Program-made: the position numbers and the translations under genes | In this document: piece by piece, positions 17,095 through 25,860 of the stretch | How the letters are laid out: each line of letters begins with the position of its first letter | Numbering within the stretch: the first letter of the stretch is position 1 | Notes under the pieces: model-generated | Database searches by the model: none | What the model saw: the letters and a program-made list of their open reading frames with translations, nothing else | What the model was told of the DNA's origin: nothing | NCBI GenBank assembly: GCA_965262335.1 | Contig: OZ253528.1 | Location: 84,237 to 148,236 of the forward strand | From: Phototrophicaceae bacterium | GTDB lineage: Bacteria; Chloroflexota; Anaerolineae; Aggregatilineales; Phototrophicaceae | DNA: 64,000 nt | Reading direction: 5' to 3'

Positions 17095-19260
17095 ATGAAT
17101 AAATACTTTGATCTCGGTGGCATGCATGCCAAATCCTCATGGTTGACGAGATGTCTGCTCATGCTACTGTGTGTATTGTTCTCCGGTGCTGCGCCGGTTC
17201 TGAGCCAGGGCAACCCGGAGCCGGCCGCCTGTGGTCTGCCGGTCGGTGGCATCATCTTTTCGTCAGTTACCTACTCGCTTTCTGCCGACTGTATCCAGAC
17301 TAGCGTTCTTCAAGTGAACGCCGGGATAACACTGACCATCAATGGCGCCGGCCACAGCATCAGCGGCGGTAGTTATACTCTGATTCTAGGAGCTGCCACC
17401 AGCACCTTGAATCTGAATCAGTTGTCTTTTGATGGTGAAGATATCAGTCGCACATCAATGGTCGGTGTTGCTGGAAGCCTAAGCGCGAATAGCGTCACGT
17501 TTCGGCGCGGATCCAGTGGTGTCGCCCTGAATGTAGTCGGGGCGGCGACGCTGACAAATATGCTGTTTGATGGCAACGTGGGTGCAGCGTTTAGTCCAGG
17601 AAATGGAGTAGCGCTGAATATCGTCGCTGGTGCAACTGTCACCATGACAGATTCTGTAGTTCGAAACAATCATTACGTCGGCGGCGCGATCGCCGTACAC
17701 GGTGATGGTTCGTTCACCGCCAACGGCTGCCTGACATTCTCCGGCAACCTCCCGTACAACGTCGCTGGAGACTGGACGGACAACAGCACGGGCGCCTGTA
17801 GTGGAACGGTCGGAAACGGCGGGTCTGCGGTCATCGCGCCTCCAGCCTTGCTCAGCTGTGGCTTGCCCGGAAAGGGAAATCTGGACAGATCGACCAGCTA
17901 TACCTTACGATCTGACTGCGATCTTAGTGCGAGCGGAGCTAGTCAGTACTTGTGGACCGTTTCTGAAGGCGTGTCGATTACTGTACAAGGCAATGGTTTC
18001 AGCATTATCGGCGGCCACGGCGGCTACCTTTCCGTTATCCAAACCGCCGCAGGCGGCACTCTTACTTACCGCAATGTAATAGTGGAAAGTACAATATTCA
18101 TCTTATTCGGCGATATCGTCTCCGAATTCAGCACATTCAGGAACACGCGTGACCGAGTGTTTGCATCCGAGGCTATCGCCACGTTTTCAAACACCCTCTT
18201 TGAAAACAACTCCACGAGTCGAAGCTCCGGCAATGCATCTGTCTTCTATAATTTACCTGATTATGGAGGGGGGCATGCCACCTTTACGAATGTCGTTTTC
18301 CGCAACAACATGGGCACCGGCGGCGCTCCCGTATTGAACACGTTTGGGTCTGCCACCATCACCCTGAACGGCTGCATCACCTTTGACAACAATTCGCCAG
18401 CCAATTTCTCCGGCAATGTGACCGACAACAGTATCGCCTGTGCTGACGATATCGTCATCGGTCCTACCGGTCCTACCGGTCCTGTTCCTGATGAGCCGCG
18501 CAATTCCCCGTCGGAGCCTGAGCCTAAAGGCGTCGTCGTGGTCGTGCGCCGCAAGCCGGAGAATTGCTTCCAGAAACTGGGCGCCATCGGTATTATCTGT
18601 CGCCCGCCGAATCGTCCCGATGCCACGCTTGAAATCTGGGGTGTCACCGCTGAAAGCGAAGGCTTCTTCATCATGGAGCTGAGGCAATCGCAGGTCGAGT
18701 CCCAGCAGTCGCAAGGCCTGGTAGCAAGTTCGCCGGACGGGCGCGTGGCGATGCGGGTCACTGGATCGGAGTGCATCATACGCGATAGCAATAACGTTCC
18801 GCGCGTCAGCGGACCGGAATGTGTCGCCGCGCGGTTGACGCAAGGCTCGGGCGCAGCCATCGGGTCACAGCGGTTTATCATCGTCTCAATGGGCCTCACC
18901 TTCGAAGGCAAAGTACACAGCGTCGTTTTCGATAACAGTCTGGCCGGGCACGTGATCGGCACGGTCGATACCTTCACCGGTCTGCCGGGCGTCGTCGCCA
19001 CTCCCGCAGACACGCCAGACGCGTCCACAGAAACATCCGCGGAAACGGCGTCCACAACCACAGCATATGCACAGCCGGTGTCTGCGCAGCCGCCCCGCGC
19101 TGACGGCTCTATCATCCATATAGTGCAACCGGGCGACACCGTCAATGCCATAGCCTTGACATACAAGGTGAGCGCAGCTGAGATCATAGTACGCAACCAG
19201 CTTGCGGACCGCAATTACATCACGATCGGGCAAGAATTGGTTGTCCGCGACGCCAACTAA
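17095..19260 (+). CDS. Secreted protein with beta-helix-like repeats and a C-terminal LysM domain
   Basis: Signal peptide (LLMLLCVLFSGAAPVLSQG). Repeated ..N.V.F..N.. segments (..TNMLFDGNVGA.., ..FSNTLFENNST.., ..FTNVVFRNNMG..). C-terminal HIVQPGDTVNAIALTYKVSAAEIIVRNQL..ITIGQELVV is a LysM pattern. Confidence 0.7.
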   Translation: MNKYFDLGGMHAKSSWLTRCLLMLLCVLFSGAAPVLSQGNPEPAACGLPVGGIIFSSVTYSLSADCIQTSVLQVNAGITLTINGAGHSISGGSYTLILGAATSTLNLNQLSFDGEDISRTSMVGVAGSLSANSVTFRRGSSGVALNVVGAATLTNMLFDGNVGAAFSPGNGVALNIVAGATVTMTDSVVRNNHYVGGAIAVHGDGSFTANGCLTFSGNLPYNVAGDWTDNSTGACSGTVGNGGSAVIAPPALLSCGLPGKGNLDRSTSYTLRSDCDLSASGASQYLWTVSEGVSITVQGNGFSIIGGHGGYLSVIQTAAGGTLTYRNVIVESTIFILFGDIVSEFSTFRNTRDRVFASEAIATFSNTLFENNSTSRSSGNASVFYNLPDYGGGHATFTNVVFRNNMGTGGAPVLNTFGSATITLNGCITFDNNSPANFSGNVTDNSIACADDIVIGPTGPTGPVPDEPRNSPSEPEPKGVVVVVRRKPENCFQKLGAIGIICRPPNRPDATLEIWGVTAESEGFFIMELRQSQVESQQSQGLVASSPDGRVAMRVTGSECIIRDSNNVPRVSGPECVAARLTQGSGAAIGSQRFIIVSMGLTFEGKVHSVVFDNSLAGHVIGTVDTFTGLPGVVATPADTPDASTETSAETASTTTAYAQPVSAQPPRADGSIIHIVQPGDTVNAIALTYKVSAAEIIVRNQLADRNYITIGQELVVRDAN

Positions 19261-19292
19261 GACTAGCTGACACCTAAACAAAACGTAAAGTT

Positions 19293-19328
19293 GGGATGGC
19301 AATGTCATCGCTTGGCTTTCCCTTTTTT
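19293..19328 (+). terminator. Candidate intrinsic terminator after the LysM gene
   Basis: GGGATGGC..GCTTTCCC imperfect stem (one mismatch, one G-U) followed by TTTTTT. Confidence 0.4.
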
Positions 19329-19433
19329 CTATCGCCGCCTGACGTCGCAGTTTGACCGGCAAAGGGTGCGCTTTGCCTCAATCGTGGTTAAAATGATGTC
19401 GATATCATCAACAGCGATAGAGGGACACAAACT

Positions 19434-19754
19434 ATGACCTACCAAGCCAATGAGCCCCTGCCCAAGAGCATGTCCGCTATCGTCTGCCACGGACCCGAAG
19501 ACTACCGAATTGGAGAATGGCAAGTGCCGGAACCCGGCGCCGGCGAAGTCGTCATCCGCGTGCAATCGGTGGGCATCTGCGCCAGCGACCTCAAGTGCTA
19601 TCAAGGCGCGCCGCTCTTTTGGGGTGATGATACGCGCCAGGGTTACTGCCAGCCGCCGGTCATACCGGGCAGCAAGTTTGTCCACACGGGTTTGAAGCCC
19701 CTCCCTCTTAAAGGAACCGAGGCGCGGATCCGTAGTTTTTGCCACTTACAATAG
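19434..19754 (+). pseudogene. Truncated 5' copy of the Zn-ADH gene at 20565
   Basis: 19434..19669 equals 20565..20800 apart from 3 synonymous substitutions. After the repeat the frame reads GSKFV.. instead of GHEFV.. and stops at 19754. Confidence 0.85.
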
Positions 19755-19780
19755 CTAAAGCGCAATTAGGGGGAGTTCTT

Positions 19781-20449
19781 ATGGATATCGACGGTACTAG
19801 GAGAGGTATAATTCCCGGCCTCATATCTGGATATCTATTCCTTGCCTATGCAGGTCCGGCGATACAAGATATGACTGGGGACATGTTAAGCGCTGATTCC
19901 CTTGTCGGCTTCGTCTTGCATACCGTTATCAGTATCGTTATCGGCGCCCTTTACACCGGTGTGTTCATGCTGTACGTGGACTTGGGCAGTCCGACGTTGA
20001 ATATCCTAATTGGAGGTTCGATCTACGGACTGATCTGGTGGATCATCGGCGTCAATATCATCGTGCCCATCCTAACTGGCGGCCAGGTCTTGCAGCTTTC
20101 CATCGGGCCTAGTTTCTACGGACACATCATCTTTGGGCACACGCTCGCCTTCCTGGTCGTCCTGCGAGAAGCAGTTTATCTTGCTCGTGATTACCAATAT
20201 TTGCGCAAGAGTGAACATCCTGCTGGATTTATCTATAATATTTCTGACCCTATATCCGGGCTCGTAAAAATTGGACGAACCATTAATCCAAAACAACGCA
20301 TGCAACAACTCCAAAGCGAGCACGGGAAGCAATTGAGATACTCAAGCCTGATGAAATCAGATAACGCGCCGAAAGATGAAAGACGTTTGCACAAGAAATA
20401 CGCTTCTAGGCGAAAAGATGGAGAATGGTTCGACATGAGCGAAGAATAG
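19781..20449 (+). CDS. Membrane protein (about 4 TM helices) fused to a C-terminal T5orf172/MUG113 (GIY-YIG-like) domain
   Basis: ATG 19781 is preceded by GGGGGAG. Hydrophobic N-terminal ~150 aa. C-terminal GFIYNISDPISGLVKIGRTINPKQRMQQL..RRLHKKYASRRKDGEWF. AT-richer than the flanks. Confidence 0.75.
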   Translation: MDIDGTRRGIIPGLISGYLFLAYAGPAIQDMTGDMLSADSLVGFVLHTVISIVIGALYTGVFMLYVDLGSPTLNILIGGSIYGLIWWIIGVNIIVPILTGGQVLQLSIGPSFYGHIIFGHTLAFLVVLREAVYLARDYQYLRKSEHPAGFIYNISDPISGLVKIGRTINPKQRMQQLQSEHGKQLRYSSLMKSDNAPKDERRLHKKYASRRKDGEWFDMSEE

Positions 20450-20564
20450 ACAGGTCAAGAAATGAATTACCTCTCTAGTCATTTCGCCAATTATATGAGC
20501 GAATACTGGAATGCGGAAACTACAGAGTTGTGACGTAATAAGCAAACCGAAAAAGGAAACATTA

Positions 20565-21665
20565 ATGACCTACCAAGCCAATGAGCCCCTGCCCAAGAGC
20601 ATGTCCGCTATCGTCTGCCACGGACCCGAAGACTACCGAATTGGAGAATGGCAAGTGCCGGAACCCGGCGCCGGCGAAGTCGTCATCCGCGTGCAATCGG
20701 TGGGCATCTGCGCCAGCGATTTGAAGTGCTATCAAGGCGCGCCGCTCTTTTGGGGTGATGATACGCGCCAGGGTTACTGCCAGCCGCCGGTCATACCGGG
20801 ACACGAATTTGTCGGCGAAGTGGTGGCATTAGGCGAAGGCGCGGGCGAAAAGTACGGCTTGGCATTGGGCGATAACGCCGTCTCCGAACAGATCGTGCCT
20901 TGCTGGAATTGCCGCTTCTGCAAGCGCGGTCAATATTGGATGTGCCAGGACAAGCACGATGTCTACGGCTTCCGTCAAGCCACCGTTGGCGCCATGGCGG
21001 AATATATGCTTTTCCCGGTCGGCGCCCTGAATTACAAAGTCCCCGATACCCTGCCGGCCCATCATGCCGCTTTCATCGAGCCGCTCGGCTGCTCCATCCA
21101 TGCCGTGCAACGTGGCGAAATCGAACTTGATGATGTGGTGGTGATCGCCGGTTGCGGACCGCTCGGTTTGGGTATGGTGGCTGCCGCAAGGCTAAAGAAT
21201 CCGGGCCTGTTGATCGCCATCGACTTGAACGACGACCGCTTGGAAATCGCCGAACTCTGCGGCGCTGATATGCGCATGAATCCGCGTAAAATCGATGTCA
21301 TCGACGAAGTGCTAAAACTGACCGAGGGCTACGGCTGCGATGTCTATATCGAAGCCACCGGTTACCCCGCCGCCGTGCTGCAAGGCTTGCAGATGATCCG
21401 CAAGCTCGGCACCTTTGTCGAATTCAGCGTCATGCGCGAGCCGGTCACCGCCGATTGGACCATCATCGGCGATACCAAAGAACTCAATATCCACGGCTCC
21501 CACCTTAGCCCCTATACCTATCCCATCGCTATCGATATGCTGAGCAAAGGATTGCTGCCCATGGACCGCATCATGACGCATCAGCTGCCCCTGAGCAGTT
21601 TCCACGCTGGTATGGATATGGTCGCTGCTGGCACGGAATCGGTAAAAGTCACCTTAACGCCTTAG
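20565..21665 (+). CDS. Zn-dependent medium-chain alcohol/polyol dehydrogenase (sorbitol/threonine dehydrogenase-like)
   Basis: GICASDLK, GHEFVGEV catalytic-Zn motif, structural-Zn Cys cluster C..C..C.......C (CWNCRFCKRGQYWMC), GCGPLGL Rossmann motif. Confidence 0.85.
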   Translation: MTYQANEPLPKSMSAIVCHGPEDYRIGEWQVPEPGAGEVVIRVQSVGICASDLKCYQGAPLFWGDDTRQGYCQPPVIPGHEFVGEVVALGEGAGEKYGLALGDNAVSEQIVPCWNCRFCKRGQYWMCQDKHDVYGFRQATVGAMAEYMLFPVGALNYKVPDTLPAHHAAFIEPLGCSIHAVQRGEIELDDVVVIAGCGPLGLGMVAAARLKNPGLLIAIDLNDDRLEIAELCGADMRMNPRKIDVIDEVLKLTEGYGCDVYIEATGYPAAVLQGLQMIRKLGTFVEFSVMREPVTADWTIIGDTKELNIHGSHLSPYTYPIAIDMLSKGLLPMDRIMTHQLPLSSFHAGMDMVAAGTESVKVTLTP

Positions 21666-21694
21666 GATCGCCCGTATGAACCAGGAGAAGCTAC

Positions 21695-22426
21695 TTGACC
21701 AACCAACTTGCCGATAAAGTCGTCATCATCACCGGCGCTAGTTCCGGCATCGGCGAAGCCTGTGCCCGCCTACTCGCCCAACAGGGCTGCAAACTCACGC
21801 TGGCCGCCCGTTCCGTCGACAAGATGGAAGCGCTCGCTGCCGAGTTATCGACGGAAAGTTTAGTCGTACCTGCCGACATGACCCAGCCCGCTGACATATC
21901 CAACATGGTGCAACGCACCCTTGATCACTTCGGGCGTATTGATGTGATGTTGGCGAATGCCGGCATTTATATCAAAGGGCAGTTTGCCGACGGCGACATC
22001 AATGACTTATGCACTTTGCTCAAGATCAATGTCGATGCCGTTTTGCGCTGTGCCCACGCCGTCATCCCGCAGATGAAAGCGCAAGGCAGCGGAGATATCA
22101 TCGTCAGCAGTTCTGTCTCCGGACATCACGATATTCACGGTGAACCGATCTATAGCGCCAGCAAAAACGCCGTGCAGACCTTCGTGCATACCGTTCGACG
22201 TCAATTGGCGGGTGATGGCATTCGCGTCATGTCCCTGGCGCCGGGCCCGATTGCCAATCCTCTATTGGGTTTCCATGATGCTGAGGATATCCGGCGCGTA
22301 TCGGAGGATGACCGCGCCTATTTGACCTCCGTCGATTGCGCGGAGGTGATTCTCTTCATGCTTTCCCGTCCGCCCCATGTGACCATCCGCGATTTGGTCA
22401 TGCTGCCACAAATCGACCGAGTCTGA
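21695..22426 (+). CDS. SDR oxidoreductase, tandem paralog 1
   Basis: KVVIITGASSGIGEA, NAG, YSASK catalytic motif. 243 aa. Confidence 0.85.
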   Translation: MTNQLADKVVIITGASSGIGEACARLLAQQGCKLTLAARSVDKMEALAAELSTESLVVPADMTQPADISNMVQRTLDHFGRIDVMLANAGIYIKGQFADGDINDLCTLLKINVDAVLRCAHAVIPQMKAQGSGDIIVSSSVSGHHDIHGEPIYSASKNAVQTFVHTVRRQLAGDGIRVMSLAPGPIANPLLGFHDAEDIRRVSEDDRAYLTSVDCAEVILFMLSRPPHVTIRDLVMLPQIDRV

Positions 22427-22473
22427 CCAAAGGCTGTTCCATTCTCTTGTCGTATTGAATTCGAGGAACTTCA

Positions 22474-23208
22474 ATGAGCAATTCACTGGAAGGTAAAGTC
22501 GTCATCATCACAGGAGCCAGCTCTGGCATCGGCGAAGCCTGTGCCCGCCTGCTCGCTGAGTACGGCTGCAAACTCACGCTGGCCGCCCGCTCTGTCGACA
22601 AGATGGAAGCGCTCGCTGCCGAGTTGTCCGCGGAATGTTTGGTCGTCCGCGCCGATATGACCGTGCCACAGGATATTGCGGCCATGATCGACCGCACTCA
22701 AGATCATTTCGGACGGATTGATGTCATGTTTGCCAATGCCGGCGTCTATATCGACGGCGAATTTGCCGATGGTGACCCCGATGCCTTTTCGGACTTGCTC
22801 ACGATCAATATCGACGCGGTCCTGCGCTGTGCCCATGGCGTCATCCCGGCGATGAAAGAACAGGGCGGTGGCGATATCGTCGTCACCAGCTCGATTTCCG
22901 GTTTCGGGGATATACATTGGGAACCGATCTATAGCATGAGCAAGCACGCCGTGCAGACCTTTGTGCATACAGTGCGTCGACAATTGGCTGGTGATGGCAT
23001 TCGCGTGATGTCGCTAGCGCCGGGCGCCGTCGCCAATCCACTATGGGGATTTCACGATGCCGCGGAAATCGAGCGCGTCTCGGCCGGCGAGCGCAGTTAT
23101 CTGGCATCCGAAGATTGTGCCGAAGCGCTGGTCTTTATGCTGACTCGGCCGAAACATGTCACCATCCGCGACCTGGTGATCTTGCCGCAAAATCAGGTAA
23201 ACGTCTGA
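22474..23208 (+). CDS. SDR oxidoreductase, tandem paralog 2
   Basis: KVVIITGASSGIGEA, YSMSK. Collinear with paralogs 1 and 3 along its whole length. Confidence 0.85.
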   Translation: MSNSLEGKVVIITGASSGIGEACARLLAEYGCKLTLAARSVDKMEALAAELSAECLVVRADMTVPQDIAAMIDRTQDHFGRIDVMFANAGVYIDGEFADGDPDAFSDLLTINIDAVLRCAHGVIPAMKEQGGGDIVVTSSISGFGDIHWEPIYSMSKHAVQTFVHTVRRQLAGDGIRVMSLAPGAVANPLWGFHDAAEIERVSAGERSYLASEDCAEALVFMLTRPKHVTIRDLVILPQNQVNV

Positions 23209-23222
23209 TGGTGCCGGGGAAT

Positions 23223-23954
23223 ATGCGCAACCCGCTGGCGGGCAAAGTCGTCATCATCACCGGTGCCAGTTCCGGCATTGGTGCTGCTGCGGCTCGTCTG
23301 CTCGCCCAATACGGCTGCCAACTCACGCTGGCCGCCCGCTCTGTGGACAAGATGACAGCTCTCGCCGCGCAATTGGCCACCGAGTCCCTCGTCTTCCGCG
23401 CTGATATGAGCGTTCCGGCTGATATTATCGCCATGGTGGAGCGGACTCTGGAGCGCTTCGGCCGGATTGATGTGATGTTCGCCAATGCCGGCGTTTTTAT
23501 TATGGGTGATTACGCATCCGGCGACCCCGACGCATATTCCAACTTGCTCAAGGTAAACGTGGACGCCGTTTTGCGCTGTGCTCATGCTGTCATTCCTATC
23601 ATGAAAGCACAAGGCTCTGGCGATATTCTGGTCACCAGCTCAATCGCCGGTCATGCCGAACTGCACCTGGGACCGGTCTACGGCGCCTCGAAACACGCGA
23701 TCCAGACCATGGTGCATACCCTGCGGCGACAATTGGCTCAAGACGGCATTCGCGTGATGTCGCTGGCGCCCGGCCGGGTTGCAAACGAATTATGGGGTTT
23801 GACTGATCCGCAGGAAATCGAGCGCTTGACCGTAGCCGAACACGCTTACCTGAAGGTCGAAGATGTCGCCGAAGCCGCTGTCTTTATGTTAAGCCGACCA
23901 AGTCACGTGACTATCCGCGATATCCTGATGTTGCCGCAGAAACAGGATGTGTAG
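23223..23954 (+). CDS. SDR oxidoreductase, tandem paralog 3
   Basis: MRNPLAGKVVIITGASSGIG parallels MTNQLADK.. and MSNSLEGK.. of the other two, so ATG 23223 is preferred over 23208 or 23043. YGASK motif. Confidence 0.8.
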   Translation: MRNPLAGKVVIITGASSGIGAAAARLLAQYGCQLTLAARSVDKMTALAAQLATESLVFRADMSVPADIIAMVERTLERFGRIDVMFANAGVFIMGDYASGDPDAYSNLLKVNVDAVLRCAHAVIPIMKAQGSGDILVTSSIAGHAELHLGPVYGASKHAIQTMVHTLRRQLAQDGIRVMSLAPGRVANELWGLTDPQEIERLTVAEHAYLKVEDVAEAAVFMLSRPSHVTIRDILMLPQKQDV

Positions 23955-23990
23955 GTTTGGAGACTGTGCGTCTATGAGAACTAAAGAGAA

Positions 23991-24707
23991 CTAAAGGCGT
24001 TCTTTTTTGAGGTAGAGTCGGCAGATAGCCAATGGAGAAACCCGGAATTTCGTGCCGTGGTTGCGCAATCCTACGCTACCGGGCTTGTTTTCTCGGCAAT
24101 CAAAATCAATAGCAATCGCACCACGGAGGACTTCTTGCACAAAGTCTGCCAGATGAAAAGTCTCATACGCTTCTGCATATAGAAAGCGCACGCTGCGTTT
24201 TTTTGCTTCGCCCTTCACCAAGATCAAACGGCGTAATTTTGCCCCTGCTGCCGCGATCAATTCGTCGTAAGACCAATAAGGTGCCGGCCCCTTGACGTGT
24301 TTCGGACGCACTATTATCCGTCTCGCACTGTCATCAGCCTTAACTCTGAATAACGCCGACTCTCCCTCCACCGTATGGCGAAAACTCAATCGATCGCGCT
24401 GGTCTTTCCAGCCGTAAGCGCGAACCATTTCGCGCATCACGTTTTTGGGTCCTTTGGCTTCCTTGTGGAACAGCGTAATCAGCCGGGTGCGTTTGCTAAA
24501 CCATTTCATTTCCCAGCCGACGGCGTCTGGGATATCCATCGATCCTGCTGTTAGCCCAAGCAGATCCTCTAAAAACATACCCGCCGCCCCAGTCCCTTGA
24601 TAGCGAGAGCCTTCCGGCATATGGTACGGTCCATGATCAGTGACGGTACGAATACGATCAAACAATTGGTCTTTGCTACGAGGAGGTTTGCTGGGAAAGT
24701 CGATCAT
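23991..24707 (-). CDS. Type II restriction endonuclease, MvaI/BcnI (MutH-like) family candidate
   Basis: ..GAAGMFLEDLLGL..DIPDAVGWEMKW..LITLFHKE.. (D..ExK) and the C-terminal ..HGTKFRV.. resemble R.BcnI as I recall it. Start ATG overlaps the methylase stop (TAATG). Confidence 0.55.
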   Translation of the reverse strand: MIDFPSKPPRSKDQLFDRIRTVTDHGPYHMPEGSRYQGTGAAGMFLEDLLGLTAGSMDIPDAVGWEMKWFSKRTRLITLFHKEAKGPKNVMREMVRAYGWKDQRDRLSFRHTVEGESALFRVKADDSARRIIVRPKHVKGPAPYWSYDELIAAAGAKLRRLILVKGEAKKRSVRFLYAEAYETFHLADFVQEVLRGAIAIDFDCRENKPGSVGLRNHGTKFRVSPLAICRLYLKKERL

Positions 24708-25477
24708 TATTGCAATTTGTTTATGCTCTTGATTCGTTCGCGAGCCAATTCGCAATATTCTTCACTGACGTCTATGCCAATCCATTGACGCCGCGAGTTC
24801 TCGGCAGCAATAGCAGTTGTGCCCGAACCCATGAAAGGATCAAGCACCACTTTCGCGTTGGTCGAATCAACACACCTCTGAGCGAGCGCTAGAGGAAAAG
24901 GCGCCGGATGCGGATTCTTGCTCTCTTGAGGGATTTGCCAAACATCGCCTTGCGCATTGGCTTTAGGCGCCAGCCGAAAGTTGGGCTTGGCTATCAAGTA
25001 AAGCACTTCGTATGTAGGCAAGAAATAGCCCGGATTAAAGTTGATCCCACCACTTCGTTGCCAAATGATTATCTGCCGCACAGGAAAACCATCAACGATG
25101 TCTGCGCGGTCTTGCAGCAGTCCCCGCTGAACACGCCATTTGTGGTTGTAGAAGATCGCGCCATCATCACTTAACACTCTCATCATGGCGTCCAGACAAT
25201 CTCGTTGCCAGGCAACATATTTGTCGTGGGGCATAGCATCGTCGTGATTCGCATATCCCTTGATGAGTTCCGCCTGCGGCCATTTACCCCCACTGCCATT
25301 CTTTAGACCATTGCCCGTGCTGTTTTTTATGTTATACGGAGGGCTTGTAACGAAAAGGTCAACAGAAGCGGCCGGCATTTGATTCATCAACTCGATACAA
25401 TCTCCTTGATGAACCTTGCCTAACCAATGTTCAATGCCAACTTGTGAGGTCAGACCTGGATGTACTTCTACTGCCAT
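24707..25477 (-). CDS. Beta-class N4-cytosine/N6-adenine DNA methyltransferase
   Basis: Motif IV DLFVTSPPY precedes motif I VLDPFMGSGTTAIAA (N6_N4_Mtase order). ATG 25477 has a GGGAG RBS. Confidence 0.85.
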   Translation of the reverse strand: MAVEVHPGLTSQVGIEHWLGKVHQGDCIELMNQMPAASVDLFVTSPPYNIKNSTGNGLKNGSGGKWPQAELIKGYANHDDAMPHDKYVAWQRDCLDAMMRVLSDDGAIFYNHKWRVQRGLLQDRADIVDGFPVRQIIIWQRSGGINFNPGYFLPTYEVLYLIAKPNFRLAPKANAQGDVWQIPQESKNPHPAPFPLALAQRCVDSTNAKVVLDPFMGSGTTAIAAENSRRQWIGIDVSEEYCELARERIKSINKLQ

Positions 25478-25860
25478 GACTACACTCCCTAGCACAATTG
25501 TACTATTTTAGCGCTTGCAATGCTAGTTTTATCGGGCTTCGGTCCTCAGTCTTCAGGCTGCTAGTTGCAACAATTCCTTGTCTACACCGGTTACCTTCTC
25601 CCATGCAAGCGCCGCGCCGCCGCCAAACTCCGCGGCACAGCCATCGTCGCCTTCCAGCCGGTAAGGCAGTCCGTCTGGCATCAGCTATGCCAACGATCTT
25701 ACAGCGACCGGCCTGGGCAGCGTATGCCCGCAGATGCGTCCCTGGCCCCACCCTTGTATATAATTGAATGGGAGCAACATCGATACTGATGACTATGACC
25801 TGTGCCAATCACGTTTTCAAAATTGCTATCCCGCTGCGTTGCGCTGGATGATAGCGTCTT

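Noticed and set aside
19434-20800. Diversity-generating retroelement (template/variable repeat) explanation for the ADH duplication
   Set aside because: There is no reverse transcriptase nearby. The three differences are C-to-T/G changes, all synonymous, and not adenine-specific.
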